A stretch of DNA of 64,000 bases, taken from assembly GCA_001244265.2 (NCBI GenBank), contig CDLV01000013.1, forward strand, positions 868,001 to 932,000, read 5' to 3'. Each line of letters opens with the position of its first letter. Position 1 is the first letter of the stretch. The notes beneath the pieces were generated by a model that saw only the letters and a list, made by a program, of their open reading frames with translations, was not told the DNA's origin and made no database searches. The position numbers were made by a program, and so were the translations under genes. Positions 62,779-64,000 of the stretch are shown one piece after another. The DNA is from Microbotryum violaceum (taxonomy: Eukaryota).

Positions 62779-64000
62779 GCGATCAACAACCGACGATTTC
62801 TCGACTAGTGGCCGCCACGCAACAAAGAGTCGGCTCGACTCGACACGTTAGAAACGGCACAGGAGAGGCGGTCCAGTCAGATGAGCGTGCGGGAAGGAGG
62901 AGCAGCAGCGCGTCCGTACGGCACCGGGTTGCACTATTGGTGACAAGTTGCGGTGGGAATGAAACTTCGGCAGCTTCAGCCGAGTTTCCGGCTCGCGCCG
63001 GGCCACCCTTCGCTCCGACAACAGCACCTGTTAACGACCACTTGCAATCGATTGCGAAAACTGCTGGGTACCTTAGGTTTGTACCGTGCACTTCTCTGCC
63101 TTGGTCCGCGCCGCCCATACACATCGGTCCGACTGCGCGACCTGCCGCCGGCGCTATTACTTGCCATTTGACAGTCACGGACGTCAACATTCTGGATTCT
63201 GAAACTTGCCTCGGAAATAGGATTGCGCTTTTTTTTTACGGACTACTACGAATTCTTTAATCAACTACATCTTACTTGGATGACGTACAGGGGAGTTCAT
63301 GCAGCGCTGACACCCTTGCTAAAGCGGTCTAGGCACCTACTACTCTGTATTCACTCGGCGCTAGGACTCGGCATGAAAATGAGGGTAGACGGACTGAAAT
63401 GTACAGCGAGACTTGATCGCCCTCGAGTCGAGGATTTTCAGGCACGGTGCAGTTTCCCCCCACCCCACCCACCCCAAAATAGGTGCACCGATTGGCCATG
63501 TCCGATGCACCCACCTACCCGGTTATTTAGGTACCTAGATAACCCTTAACTAATACCACGGCCACTTCCAACATACCTAATGTCACCTAGCGCCAGTAGT
63601 AGGACGCGCGGGGCTCGCGATCGATAGGGGGCAGTTCCATTTTTGAAATTTCATCAGATGTAGCAACTGCACGACCTTGCAAAATCGCCGCAGAATAGCA
63701 GACACTGCATGGTGCGTTATGGTTTCATGACGTTGCTTCACTGTAACCTTGCGTTGAGAAACATTCGAGCACGATCTGACGTCTGACAGTCACATCTAGT
63801 ACTTGAAAGAGGCTTCAGGTGCGACATCACAAGGCGGTACCTGTTTAACGGATTTTCACATAGCTCTCTAAGAACCATCCAACCAGTCTATCTCTCAAGT
63901 AGACATCATGTACAGCTTGGTTCATTATGACGGCGAGGGAAATCAGTGACGCGCCTCGGGCCTGTGCCAGCGTGGACCCGGCGGCTCTTGCGACACTCAC

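Overview
This is eukaryotic, intron-rich, GC-rich fungal DNA. Short GT-AG introns with GTGAGT/GTCAGT/GTACGT donors, CTGAC-type branch sites and the gene content suggest a basidiomycete, possibly a Pucciniomycotina yeast (inference). I reconstructed about 22 spliced protein genes by hand, mostly housekeeping: a Tag1/DUF3712-like protein, a mitochondrial carrier, an RRM protein, FUR1, an Atos/FAM214-like protein, an acyltransferase, a beta-flanking-type protein, TIM8, MRPL1, a LisH-WD40 protein, U1A/U2B'', a ketopantoate reductase, GDI1, FAM32A, REP/MRS6, a Zn2Cys6 factor, an amino-acid permease, a PhyH-like dioxygenase, an F-box-like protein, HAP5-like, an SCP2 thiolase and BST1. There is also one clearly disabled SDR pseudogene. 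The best find is a 2,520-bp DNA transposon (51157-53676) with 33-bp imperfect terminal inverted repeats (AGG...CCT), a perfect 8-bp target duplication (CCCGGCTA) and a decayed spliced ORF that I cannot assign to a family; it has split a roughly 220-bp divergent promoter. Other notable points are a FAM32A gene that seems to start at CUG, GDI and its paralog REP one gene apart, a 9-nt microexon and several GC-AG introns. All product calls come from motif recognition, not database searches, and exon boundaries are manual predictions.
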